From Malacoraja senta (lineage: Eukaryota), in NCBI GenBank assembly GCA_038087875.1, contig CM075986.1, positions 20,026,001 through 20,090,000 on the forward strand: a stretch of DNA of 64,000 nt, written 5' to 3'. The notes under the pieces are model-generated. The model saw nothing but the letters and a program-made list of their open reading frames with translations. It had not been told where the DNA came from and made no database searches. Each line of letters begins with the position of its first letter. Positions within the stretch are counted from its first letter, which is position 1. Positions 1-11,593 of the stretch are shown here, piece by piece. Both the position numbers and the translations under genes were made by a program.

Positions 1-440
1 TTATTTCACTTAGTTTAATATTGTCATGTGTACTGAGGTACAGTGAAAAGCTTTTATGTTGTGTACTATTCAGTCAGCGAAAAGACTGTACATGATTTCT
101 GTCAAGCCATCCAGAGTGTACAGATACATGATAAAGGGTATATACCATCCAAAGAAGCAGAGAGGAATTTGCCTTTTGATAGCTGGTTCTAAGCACATGA
201 AAGTGTACTGGCTGTGGATGTTTCTCAGCTCCTGACATTCAATTATCCAAATCTGATGAACCTGCACCTGCATCCAGCCACCAGATCACTTTCACACCAG
301 TAACCAAAGGCGAACTGCTCCCTGAAGACATTTATGTTGTGCTTTTGAAGGCCCTAGGACCTCCTTTACGCATTTCACAGACAATGAAGTTCAGTCATTG
401 TTCTAATGTAGTCAGGCACAGCTGCCGGAGTGCACACTTA

Positions 441-770
441 AAGCCCTGCCCCACTGTACGAGTTCGTTCCAAGAGCTCTCCCGAGTTTTAAAAAACCCAA
501 ACTCATGGGAAGCACGTAGAATGAACGTAGCGGGTACGTCGGAGCTCGGGGACGTGTCTTAGCGGCTCGTAACGCTAACGGCAGGTACTCGGGAAGACTC
601 GCTAACGGCAGGTAAGCACGGGAAGACTCGTGAAGATTTTTAAACATGTTGAAAAATGTCCATGAGAGCCCCGAGTACCGACGAGTGGCTATTACCATAA
701 ATCTCCCAGTTGGAATCAGGGCAAACTCGGGAGAGTTCTTGGAATGAACTCGTACCGTGGGACAGGGCTA
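441..770. mobile_element. PIF/Harbinger-like MITE, subfamily A
   Basis: ~48-bp imperfect TIRs starting AAGCCCTGCCCCAC / ending GTGGGACAGGGCTA. TTA TSD (438-440 / 771-773). Confidence 0.82.
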
Positions 771-1019
771 TTAAACTCCTGAAAGAAATAAATTAAATAA
801 ATGATCCATTAAGATAGATAAGAGGAAAAAGATTGACTGGGACACTGTTGTTCTTTAGTATTGGGATGGATACTTCTACATTCATCTGATGTGGTCTCAG
901 GTTGGAATTAAAACTTGAGTGTGTCTGGATTACTGATGTGTAGTTGCTGCCGTGAGAGGCAATTGCAAGGAGCACATGAGGTCTGAAAGATGTAGGACTA
1001 GACTTTGCTTATGCTGTTG

Positions 1020-1320
1020 TCTAGAGCTCCACAGCCTCAGAATAAAAGGACGTACCTTCACAATGGAGATGAAGAGGAATTTTTTTAGCAGAGGATGGTG
1101 AATCTGTGGAATTCATTGCCACAGAGGGCAGTGGAGGCCGAGTTATTGGGTAATATTTAAAGTGGAGATTGGTAGGTTCTTGATTAGTAAAGGTATCACA
1201 GGTGTGGGGAGAAGGCAAGGTGAATGGGGTTTGAAGGGAAAAATAGATCAGCCATGATTGAATGATGGAGCAGGCTCCATGGGCTGAATGGCCTAATTCT
1301 GCTCCAATGTCTGATCTTAA
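1020..1320 (+). mobile_element. CR1 3' fragment
   Basis: GTGAATCTGTGGAATTC...GATCAGCCATGATTGAATG, shared with the CR1 3' end at 48230-48460. Confidence 0.8.
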
Positions 1321-1329
1321 GATCTCTGT

Positions 1330-1472
1330 CTTCTTCTTCTTGCGTATGGCGTGCACAGCCTAAAGTTGTAGGACAACTTGTTCTATTTGATCTTATTTGA
1401 TTGTGCACGCCAGGTTGATTGCATTCGTGGAAACAGAGCGGACCACATGAAGGCTGCACTCTCCCACCCTGT
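1330..1472 (-). mobile_element. ~140-bp non-autonomous retroposon (HDV-like head, GCCATACGC(AAG)n tail; Vingi/ingi-like)
   Basis: 9-bp TSD GATCTCTGT (1321-1329 / 1473-1481). Homologous to 6776-6901 and 24654-24739. Confidence 0.72.
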
Positions 1473-1844
1473 GATCTCTGTGACATAAATGGTTTGGTTC
1501 CTTACCTATGCAAATGAAGGGTATAGGTTTGTCTATGGGCTGGTCTATCTAAAACACAACTGTTATAGAACACAGAACAGAGGAATAACATATTGTTAAT
1601 AAATACATCATGCCTGTTGGCTAAACTATTTACATTTGCTTGGAAATGGTAAATTATTTTCTAACTTTGCATTAATGTATGTACATATTTAACTTCTGAA
1701 CTATTATCAGGCATAGCCCAAATAATATACTTATCAACAATTGTCATTTCATATATCTCGTATGTCAGGGCACTGTAAAAGTTGGGAAATTACTTAAACG
1801 TGAAAGAATATCAGGGCTTTTACGCAGTTCTATATTTAAAACTT

Positions 1845-2008
1845 AGAGGGTGTTAGATGTGGCCCTTGTGGCTAAAGGGATCAGGGTGTATGGAGAGAAG
1901 GCAGGTACGGGATACTGAGTTGGATGATCAGCCATGATCATATTGAATGGCGGTGCAGGCTCGAAGGGCCGAATGGCCTACTCCTGCACCTATTTTCTAT
2001 GTATCTAA
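1845..2008 (+). mobile_element. CR1 3' end, same subfamily as the young element
   Basis: Near-identical to 48295-48455. Confidence 0.85.
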
Positions 2009-2067
2009 CATAGGCAGGAACAGGCCTTTTGCCCGACAGTGTCTGAACATAATGTTAAACCAATCTC

Positions 2068-3121
2068 AGATAGACACAAAATGCAGGAGTAGCTCAGAGG
2101 GACAGGCAGCATCTCTGAAGAAAAGGAATGGGTGACGTTTCGGGTCGAGACTCTTCTTCAGACTGATGTCAGGGGAGTGGGCGGTACAGAGATAAAATGT
2201 AGTCGGAGACAGTAAGACCAGTCGGAGAACTGGGAAGGGGGAGGGGATGGAGAGAGAGGGAAAGCAAGGGCTACTTGAAGTTAGAGAAGTCAATGTTCAT
2301 ACCGCTGGGGTGTAAGCTACCCAAGCAAAATATGAGCTGCTGTTCCTCCAATTCGCGCTGGGCCTCACTCTGACAATGGAGGAGGCCCAGGACAGAAAGG
2401 TCAGTGTGGGAATGGGAGGGGGAGTTAATGTGTTGAGCAACCAGGAGATCAGGTAGGTTTAGGCGGACTGAGCGGAGGTGTTCAGCAAAACGATCGCCGA
2501 GCCTGCGCTTGGTCTCACCGATGTACTGGAGTCCACACCTGGAACAGCAGATACAGTAGATGAGGTTGGAGGAGGTGCAAGTGAACCTCTGCCTCAACTG
2601 AAAAGACTGTCAGAGTCCTTGGACGGAGTCGAGGGAAGAAGTATAGGGATATGTGTTGCATCTCCTATGGTTGCAGGGGAAAGTACCTGGGGAGGGGGTG
2701 GTTTGGGTGGGAAGGTGTGGAAAGCGGAAAGGGGTGGAGATGGGAAGATGTGGCTAGTAGTGGGATCCCATTGGAGGTGGTGAAAATGTTGGAGAATTAT
2801 GTGCTGTATGCGACAGCTGATGGGGTGGAAGGTGAGAACAAAGGGGACTCTGTCCGTGTTACGAATGGGGGGAGGGGGAGCAAGAGCAGAGCATATCGAG
2901 GAGACCCTAGTGAGAGCCTCATCTATAATGGAAGAGGGAACCCCCGTTCCCTAAAGAATGAGGACACCTCCGATAACCTGGTATGGAACACCTCATCTTG
3001 GGCGCAGATGCGGCATAGACGGAAGAATTGGGAGTATGGGATAGAGTCTTTACAGGAAGCAGGGTGGGGAAAAAGTGTAGTCTAGATAGCTATGGGAGTC
3101 AGTGGGTTTATAATAGATGTC
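2068..3121 (-). mobile_element. 5'-truncated Penelope-like element (RT thumb + GIY-YIG endonuclease + pseudo-LTR tail)
   Basis: ORF 2271-2597 NLIYCICCSRCGLQYIGETKR...GMN is a GIY-YIG domain. DIYYKPTDSHSYLDY near 3075-3121 is the PLE RT thumb motif. Confidence 0.9.
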
Positions 3122-3449
3122 ATTTAGATAGCTAATCTCATCTGCACGTGATCCAGATTCCTCCATTCCCCGTATATCCAAGTGCGTGTCTTAAATGCTG
3201 CTATTGTATCAGCCTCCACCACCACTCCAGGCACCCACCATTCTCTGTGTTAAAAACTTGCCTTTTAAAAAACACTTCCTTTAAACTTTGCCTGACATTT
3301 TAAATCTATGCCCCCCTAGCCCTAGTCTGTCCATGTCCCCCACAGATGCTGCCTGACCCACTGAGTTCTTCCAGCACTTTATTTATGCTCTAGATTCAAT
3401 CATCTGCAATTCTCTAACATAACCTATTGTTGGTTTGTCATGTTGAGGT

Positions 3450-3755
3450 TTAGTTCGGTTTAGTTTAGAGATACCGCATGGAAACAGGCCCTTTGGCCCA
3501 CCGAGTCCGTGCTGACCTGTAATCCTCGCACACTAGCACTATCCTACACACTCTAGGGACAATTTACAATTTTACCGTAGCCAATTAAGCTAAAAACCTG
3601 TACATTTTTGGCAGTGTGGGAGGAAACCGGAGCGCCCGCAGAAAACCCACACAGGTCACAGCGAGAACGTATAAACTACGTGCAGACAGCAGTTGTAGTC
3701 AGGATCGAGCCCTGGTCTCTGGTGTTGTAAGGCAACTCTATTGCTGCGCCACCAT
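3450..3755 (-). mobile_element. HE1-like V-SINE
   Basis: Reverse complement of the 17160 family. Confidence 0.82.
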
Positions 3756-3789
3756 ACTGTTCCATCTGTGCCAATATCCTCAATGTTCT

Positions 3790-4277
3790 CATAGACTCAT
3801 AGATACAGCGTTTAAACAGGCCCTTTCCCGAACATGCCCACACAGGCCAACATGTCCCAGCCACACTAGTCTCACCTGCCTGTGTTTGGTCCATATCCCT
3901 CCAAACCTGTCCTATCCATGTACCTGTCTAACTGTTTCTTATATATTGCGATTGTTCCAGCCTCAACTATCTCTGCTTGTTCCATACACCCACCACCCTT
4001 TGTGTAAAAACGTTACTCCTCAGATTCCTATTAAATCTTTTCCCCTTCACCTTAAACCTATGTCCTCTGGTCCTTGATCCATCTATCCTGGGCAAGAGGC
4101 TTTGTGCATCTACCTGATCTACTCCTCTCATGATTTTATATATCTCTCTAAGATCACCCCTCATCTTCCTGTTCTCCAAGGAATATTCCTAGCCTACTCA
4201 TCCTCTCCCTATAGCTCAGACCCACTATTCCTGGCAACATCCTTGTAAATTCTCTCGTGATCTTTCTCCGCTCTCTT
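3790..4277 (-). mobile_element. CR1 3' fragment
   Basis: Minus frame RKMRGDLREIYKIMRG...RTRGH...FTQRVVGVWN. Confidence 0.82.
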
Positions 4278-4474
4278 TTAAGAGAGCGGAGAAAGATCAC
4301 GAGAGAATTTACAAGGATGTTGCCAGGAATAGTGGGTCTGAGCTGAGTCCAATTTGAATCAATTGGATCTGAAGCATGGAAATGAGCTTCCAACACAACA
4401 CTCTCTTTTCCTAAGGAAAAGAGAGTGTTGTGGTGGAAGCTCATTTCCATGCTTCAGATCCAATTGATTCAAAT
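4213..4474. repeat. Two abutting near-perfect palindromes (65-bp and 61-bp arms)
   Basis: 4213-4277 / 4280-4344 perfect. 4352-4412 / 4414-4474 with one mismatch. Confidence 0.95.
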
Positions 4475-4809
4475 CCCAGCGTTGTTGTCATGTCTTTTTA
4501 AAATTGAAAGACTTTAGATGTTGCATTTGAAGGCCTGTGTACAACAATGGCATTGTGCCACATATCACTTCAGATTACTTTTGTGTGAGACGGAAAATCA
4601 TTTGCTTTGTGATTCATGGAGTTAATCTAGTTGAAGCTATTAAAGTCTTGACACATGGCCGAATTAAACTGTACGCTGTTTACAGAGCTGTGTCTCATTG
4701 AACCAACGAATCATAAAGCCATTCAGTACAGAAGCAGGTCGACTGGCCCATCATGTCCATGCCAACCTTTAAACAGCTCCCTCTACTAATCCTCAAGTCA
4801 ATCGAGCTC

Positions 4810-5870
4810 ATAAGTGTGAGGTGTTGTATTTTGGGAAGTCAGGATCAAAACACATGGTCCTGTGTAGAAGGTACACAAAAATGCTGGAGAAACTCAGCGG
4901 GTGCAGCAGCATCTATGGAGCGAAGGAAATAGGTAACGTTTCGGGCCGAAACCCTTCTTCCACACCTCACAGTGAAGGGTCGGCCTTGGGGAGTGTTGTA
5001 CAGCAGAGGAATCCAGAATAGCAAGTACATAGTTCCCAAAACGTGGTGTTAAAGGGTGATAGGGTAATGGCCCAGTCCCACGGTACGAGTTCATTCAAGA
5101 GTTCTCCCGAGTTTGCCCTGATTCGAACTCGGAGATTTACGGTAATGGCCGCTCGTAGGTACTCGGGGCTCTCGTGGACATTTTTCAACATGTTGAAAAA
5201 TCTTCATGAGTCTTCCCGGGCGTACCGCGTTTCCCGAGTACCTGCCGTTAGCGTTACGAGCCGCTAAGAGACGTCCCGAGCTCCGACGTACCCGCTACGT
5301 ATATTCTACGTGCTTACCACGTGTTTGATTTTTTATTAAACTCGGGAGAGCTCTTGAATGAGCTCGTACAGTGGGACAGGCCCCATAATGAAGAAGGCTT
5401 TAGGCATGATGATCTTTATCAGCCAGGGAACTGAGTTTAGAAGATGGGACATTATTTTACAGTTGTACAAGATGTTGGTGAGGTTGCACTTGCAGAATTG
5501 TGTTCAGTTGTGGTCACCCAGCTACAGCAAAGATGCCATTAAGCTGGAAAGTGCTTTGAAGATTTACAGTTGACAAAGACTTGAGGGACTGAGCAATAGG
5601 GAAGGGATGGGAAGGCAAGGACTATATATTCCTTGGACTGCGGGAGGCTAAGGGGTGATCTTATAGGGGGTATAAATTCATGCAGGGAATAGATAGGGTG
5701 AATGGGCAGAGTATTTTACCCAGGGTAGGGCAATCAAGAACTAGAGAACATAGATTAACGGTGAGAGGGGAAGGATTTGATAGGACAACCTTTTCACACA
5801 GAGGGTGACGGGTGTATGGAACGAGCTGTCAGAGGAGGTAGTTGAGGCAGGTACAATAGCAACACTAACC
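4810..5870 (+). mobile_element. Old CR1 fragment interrupted by a Penelope tail and a MITE
   Basis: LQLYKMLVRLHLQNCVQLWSP remnant (ORF 5358-5573) and CR1 3' motifs. Confidence 0.75.
5068..5385. mobile_element. PIF/Harbinger-like MITE, subfamily A (inverted relative to 441-770)
   Basis: Same internal sequence reversed. TAA TSD (5065-5067 / 5386-5388). Confidence 0.82.
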
Positions 5871-6077
5871 CACTGCCGCGTGGGTTTTCTCCGGGTGCTC
5901 CGGTTTCCGCCCACACTCCAAAGACGTACAGGTTTGTAGGTTAACTGGTTTCAGAAAAACTGTAAATTGTCCCTTGTGTGTCGGAGAGTGCTAGTTCACG
6001 AGGTGATCGTTGGTCAGAGCTGGGCTGAAGGGCCTGTTTCCGCACTGTATGTCTAAAGTATAATAAAAGTAAAAGAC

Positions 6078-6170
6078 GGTAGACAAAAGTGCTGGAGAAA
6101 CTCAGCGGGTGAGGCAGCATCTATGGAGCGAAGGAAATAGGCAACGTTTCGGGCCAAAACCCTTCTTCAG
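6078..6170 (-). mobile_element. 93-bp Penelope tail insertion
   Basis: 11-bp TSD AAGTAAAAGAC (6067-6077 / 6171-6181). Same family at ~4870-4960, 24299-24390, 41420-41546, 56275-56405. Confidence 0.8.
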
Positions 6171-6775
6171 AAGTAAAAGACCTTTGGACAGGACATGGAT
6201 AAGAAAGGTTGAGTGGGATATGAGCCAAACATAGGTAAATGGGGCTATCTTCGATCAGGCATCTGGATTGGCATGGACGAGTAAGGACAAAGGGCCTAAT
6301 TCCATGCTGTATGACTCTATGACCACGAATTTCAACCGAAGATAAATCGTTATACACTTTAATTTGTGCACAGATCGAACCACACACACATATGCAGTAG
6401 TCTCACAGTGTTCTGTGGGTCATGAAGCTTTATGAAGATAACAGTTGCCCATCTCTTGCTGAAAGCTGGAGTGCCATTGCTCCAGGTAATCGAGACAATT
6501 CCCTGAGTTAACCAAGCAGCTGTGTCTGCCTGGAGAAAGCACGAGAAGTACTCCGTCCCGATGTGTGACGAGAAATATTTATGCCACAGAAATGGGAGTA
6601 ATGTCCAAATCCTCCAAACGAGACTCTGACCTCCTATCAGTAACCGTCACCAGTGGCAGAAACACCGAGTCACTCACCATGACATCCTGGGGACACCCCG
6701 AACACTGTGGATAAAAGGACAGTCAGAGTCTGAAGATGGGTTCCGACCCAAAATGGCGACTGTGCATTCCATTCC

Positions 6776-6901
6776 TCTTCTTCTTCCTTCTGTGTGGTGT
6801 GCACAGCCTAAAGTTGTAGGACAACTCGTTCTATTTGGTCTTCTGTGTGTGCACGTCGAGTTGATTGCATTAGTCAAGTGAAGGTTGCAATCTTCCACCC
6901 C
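6776..6901 (-). mobile_element. Second copy of the ~140-bp HDV-headed retroposon (internal deletion)
   Basis: Homology to 1330-1472. ATTCC duplication (6771-6775 / 6902-6906). Inserted in a Penelope tail. Confidence 0.7.
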
Positions 6902-7385
6902 ATTCCCTTCCTCGATGCTGTGTTTTGCTCAGGATTCCAGCATCTGCATTTTCCCGTGACTCTATTTTTTTGCTTCTCCGTCATTTCCTGACTCCCCATC
7001 TTCCCCACGGCACAGGTTTGGTGCTTGATGGACCCACTGGCCTGGATGAATGAACGCCAAACAAGATGACCACTACCCAGGAAGGAGCAATCTGACTGAA
7101 AGATGCCACATCACCGCTGTAAGAGTGGTAACGTTTAAAGGAGATGTACGGGACAAGTTTTTTTTACACAGAGAGTGGTGGGTGCCTGGAACGCACTGCC
7201 ATCGATGGTGGTGGAGGCAGATTCAACGGTGGCATTTAAGAGGCACTGAGATAGGCACATGGATATTGGAGGGATAGGGATTGGAGGGATAGGGATCACG
7301 TCTGGTAGAGGTGATTAATTTTACTGGGCACAATGCTTAGCATGGATGTTGTGGGCTGACGGGCCAGTTTCTGTGCTATGCTGTT

Positions 7386-7565
7386 TAAGAAGGAACTGCA
7401 GATGCTGGAAAATCGAAGGTAGACAAAAGTGCTGGAGAAACTCAGCGGGTGCAGCAGCATCTATGGAGCGAAGGAAATAGGCAACGTTTTTCGGGCCGAA
7501 ACGTTTGCCTATTTCCTTCGCTGCATAGATGGTGCTGCACCCGCTGAGGTTCTCCACCACTTTTC
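7386..7565. mobile_element. Palindromic (head-to-head) Penelope-tail unit
   Basis: Two inverted tail copies. 16-bp TSD TCTGTGCTATGCTGTT (7370-7385 / 7566-7581). Confidence 0.82.
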
Positions 7566-8330
7566 TCTGTGCTATGCTGTTCTGTGTTCTCCATTCTATA
7601 ATCCTGAGCTTCCACCGAAAACACTGTAGAAGTGCCTTCTTCAGAAAGACTGTAACCGTTTAAGACTGTAACCGTTCTCAAGGGGCAATAGATAAATAGA
7701 CAATAGACAATAGGTGCAGGAGTAGGCCTTTCGGCCCTACGAGCCAGCACCGCCATTCGATGTGATCAAATACCCTAATTGCTTTATTTTCCTGTAATGA
7801 CCAATTTCAACGTGAATAAAAGGTTGCAAATCTGAGAGCAACAACAGCTGTATTATTTTAAACACCGTTTAAAGTGATATTTGTGTGTCCTGCATCTTAT
7901 TTTGTTTTATATCCCTGATGTAACATACCACTTATTTAATTCAAAAGATGGCACGCACTGGTGCACTGATAACAAAAGGATTGTCGCACTGAGTCACAGA
8001 ATCACACCGCACCGAAACAGGCATTTCAGCCGGACTCTTCGATACTGACCAAAATACCCCAACTCAGCGAGACACGTTGCTTGTGTTTGCTTATATCTCT
8101 CCTCTCCATGTACCCATCCAAATGTATTTTAATTGTTGATATCATATCTGCATCAACTAGCTCGTTCCATATACTCACCACCCTCTGGGTGAAAAAGTTG
8201 CTCCTCGGGTTCATATTAAATCTTTCCTCTTGCACTTAGAAACATAGAAAATAGGTGCAGCAGTAGGCCATTTGGCCCTTCGATCATTCAATATGATCAT
8301 TCAATATGACCATGGCTGATCATCCAAAAT

Positions 8331-8607
8331 GCACCTCATATTCCGCTTGGGCAGTCTACATCCTGGTGGCCTGAACATTGAATTCTCCCAATTCTGCTAG
8401 CCCTGGCTGTCCCCTCCCCTTCATCAGCCATCTGGTTGTCTCCTCCCCTCCCCCAGCCCTCGGGCTCCTCCTCCGCCTTTTCCTTTTTTCCTTTCTTCTC
8501 CCCACCCCCTATCAGTCTGAAGAAGGGTTTCGGCCCGAAACGTTACCTATTTCCTTCGCTCCATAGATGCTGCTGCACCCCCTGAGTTTCTCCAGCATTT
8601 TTGTGTA
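8331..8607 (+). mobile_element. Penelope-like 3' end inserted in a CR1 tail
   Basis: HLIFRLGSLHPGGLNIEFS remnant plus tail. 10-bp TSD CATCCAAAAT (8321-8330 / 8608-8617). Confidence 0.82.
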
Positions 8608-9419
8608 CATCCAAAATCAGTACCCACTTCTGGCTTTTTCCCTATATCCCTTGATTCCTTAGCCCAAAGAGCTAACTCTAATTCTCTCTCTTTAAGCCCA
8701 CTGGTTCTTGATTTCCCCATCCTGGAGATTATAACTCTTTGTATTCACCCTATCTGTTCCCCTCATGATTTTATACAACTATGGAAGATTTCCCCTCAGC
8801 CTCCTGCACTTTAGTGGTTTTCTTAAATGCTACTGGAAGTTTCACTGAGATCACTTTGACTTTTTATACATGTTCATCATTGAACAGTGATCAATTCTGC
8901 AGCACTCTGTGGAACAATCACTCAGTAGCTATGGCAACAAAGATTCCTTCAGATGTTAGTTCAAATGCTAATACTTCTGTTTTTATTGCTTGCACCATGA
9001 AACAATACATTGTTCGTACTTTGACACCTACTATATAATTATCTGAAATGGGAAAGGCTTCAGATTGACTGCTATTTGACAGTGCACTACAGAGGCAAGT
9101 GCAGTCTCAGTGAAGTGTTTGTGTGATCTTTGATAGAATGTACCTTACGATGTCCCATTGGAATCAGGCACTCTCATCTCTCCAATATTACCAAGCATGT
9201 ACTAATTGTTCTTGTCTTTTGATCTACACTGCCAAGTGAACCAAATACAGAGGAGATGGATAAATCATTTACTCTCATGAATCAGACCGTGCGGCTCTGA
9301 GACCGGTTGTCAGAGGATGCGAGGGGGATTAGATTAAAAGATTGATTGAAAGATACAGCATGGAAAAAGTCCCTTCAGCCCATCAATTTCACGCCAACCA
9401 TCCTTCACCATTAATTATG

Positions 9420-9705
9420 GTTCAGTTTAGTTTAGAGATGCAGCGTGGAAACAACTTCTTCGGCCCACCGTGTCCGCGCTGACCAGCAACCCCCACACAC
9501 TATCCTACACACACACTAGGGACAATTTATAATTTTAGCAAGCCGATTAACACGTCTTTGGAGGAAGCGGGAGATCCCGGAGAAAACCCAGGCAGGTCAC
9601 GGGGAGAATGTACAAGCTCCGTACAGACAGCACCGGTAGACAGGGTCGAACCCGGGTCTCTGGCAATGTAAGTCAGCAACTCGACCGCTGCACCACCGTG
9701 CCGCC
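9420..9705 (-). mobile_element. HE1-like V-SINE
   Basis: Reverse complement of the 17160 family. Confidence 0.8.
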
Positions 9706-10239
9706 CAACTGGCCACATGGATTTTATGTTATCCCACTTTCACATCCACTCTTTACACACCAGGGGTTACTTGATCATTTATTCATAGAGAGATACAGCA
9801 AGGAAACGAAACAACCCTTTGGTTCACTGAGTCCACGCTGACCATACATTTACACTTATCCCACACTCATCTAATCCATCTTTATTCTCTTCATATTGTC
9901 AAGAATTCTCCCTGGATTCTACCACTCACCTACACAAAAAGGACAATTTTAAAGCAGCCAATGAACCTTGGTGCCTTTGCGATGTGAGGGGAAACCAGAG
10001 CACCTGGAAAAAACCCACGCAGTCACAGAAAGAGCTTGCCTTCACCACACACAGTCAACACCTGAGGTCAGGATCAAAACTGGGTCCCCTCACTGCAAGT
10101 CAGCAGCTTCTACAGGTAGTGCCACTGTGCTGCCCCAGTAGTAAATGGGTTCCTTTTCTTGGCTTCAGTTTGCTGCTGTTGCACTATTGTCTGTAAGCGA
10201 GAACTTTCTGGGGTGCAAGGATTGTCCCAGAGACTTTTA

Positions 10240-10662
10240 AGGGCCTGTCCCACTTGGGCCTGATTTGCGCGTCACGCAGGTGGCAGACACGTGAAGATTT
10301 TGTGAATCCCCAAATCCTGGGGCGGCGCGCGCGACCGCGCATCACTGCCTACGCCACAACGCCTCACCACGCGCTCGCGTAATGCACGCCATGCACGCAT
10401 CACTGCCTACGCCACACCGCCTCACCACGCGCCCGCGTAATGCACGCCATGCACGCATCACTGCCTACGCCACAACGCCTCACCACGTGCCCGCGTAATG
10501 CACGCCATGTACGCATCACTGCCTACGCCACAACGCCTCACCATGCGCCATGCTCGCATAATGCACGCCATGCCTGCATCACGACGCGCAGGTCATACGT
10601 CGTGACGCGTAAATTATGTCGCGTAAATGAGGCGCAAATGATGCCCAAGTGGGACAGGCCCT
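10240..10662. mobile_element. PIF/Harbinger-like MITE, subfamily B, with internal 58-bp x4 tandem array
   Basis: TIR AGGGCCTGTCCCACTTGGGC. TTA TSD (10237-10239 / 10663-10665). Units start at 10339, 10397, 10455, 10513. Confidence 0.85.
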
Positions 10663-11066
10663 TTAAGCACAATAAACTGAGCAGACGCTGTGGTGAATTG
10701 TTGAGAGACTGCACACTACTTCTAAGGGTGCCTCCATTCAGATGAAATGTTAAATCAAGGATGGATAGCCCCCCCCCCCCCCCCCAAGTCAATGCACAAC
10801 ATCTCATGGCACTATTTTGAAGCACAGCAGGGCTATCGTCCCTCATGTTCGAGACAATAATTATCTGCCAGTTGACATAATTAAAACAAATTATCTGGTC
10901 ATTAAATCCAGCTATCCACTGGGGGGCTTTCTGCAAATCCTACTTTATTATCGTCACTGCACTTCAGGATATAATTCAATAATAGTGGAAAGCTTGGAAA
11001 AATGAAAGGCTGCAAAAATCCTTGTATCCATCCACATCTTTTGTGGCAAGGTGGCAAGGTGGCAAG

Positions 11067-11593
11067 GTGGCACAGCGATAGAGTTGCTGCCTTAAGGGCC
11101 TGTCCCACTTGGCCGTCATTTGCGCGTCACACAGATGGCGCGTGAAGATTTTGTACATCTTACATCTTGGTGCATGATGACACAGGTACTGCTTGTGTCA
11201 TCATGCACCACGCGCATATCACGTGTGTGTCACGATGCGCAGGTCATGCCTCGTGACGCGTAAATGATGTCGTGTAAATTACGTGCAAATGACGGCCAAG
11301 TGGGACAGGCCCTTCATCGTGCCAGAGACCCGGGTTCAATCCCGACTACGGGTGCTGTCTGTATGGAGTTTGTATGTTCTTCCTGTGACCGTGTGGGTTT
11401 TCTCCGAGATCTATGGTTTCCACCCAAACTCCAAAGACGTACAGGTTTGTAGGTTAATTGGCTTGGTATAAATGTGAATTGTCACTGGTGTGTGTAGGGT
11501 AGTGTTAATGTGCGGGGATCGCTTGTCGGTGTGGGCTCGGTGGGCTGAAGGGCCTGTTACCGTGCTGTATCTCTAAACTAAACTAAACTAAAC
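11067..11593 (+). mobile_element. HE1-like V-SINE interrupted by a MITE
   Basis: Head split at GCCTTA by the 11095-11313 MITE. (CTAAA)n tail. Confidence 0.82.
11095..11313. mobile_element. PIF/Harbinger-like MITE, subfamily B
   Basis: TIR AGGGCCTGTCCCACTTGGCCGTCATTTGC. Inserted at TTA of a V-SINE. Confidence 0.83.

Noticed and set aside
4821-5021. Recurrent short ORF MLEKLSGCSSIYGAKEIGNVSGRNPSS (also in ORFs at 7429, 18293, 24310, 56268)
   Set aside because: Antisense translation of the Penelope tail repeat. Its recurrence reflects repeat copies, not a peptide gene family.
7016-7118. Exon-like segment with a good polypyrimidine tract/AG and a GTAAGA donor
   Set aside because: Stops in all three frames, no similarity to Kir exon 1, and no transcript evidence.
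10339-10580. CRISPR-like periodicity
   Set aside because: Head-to-tail tandem units with no unique spacers, in a vertebrate MITE.
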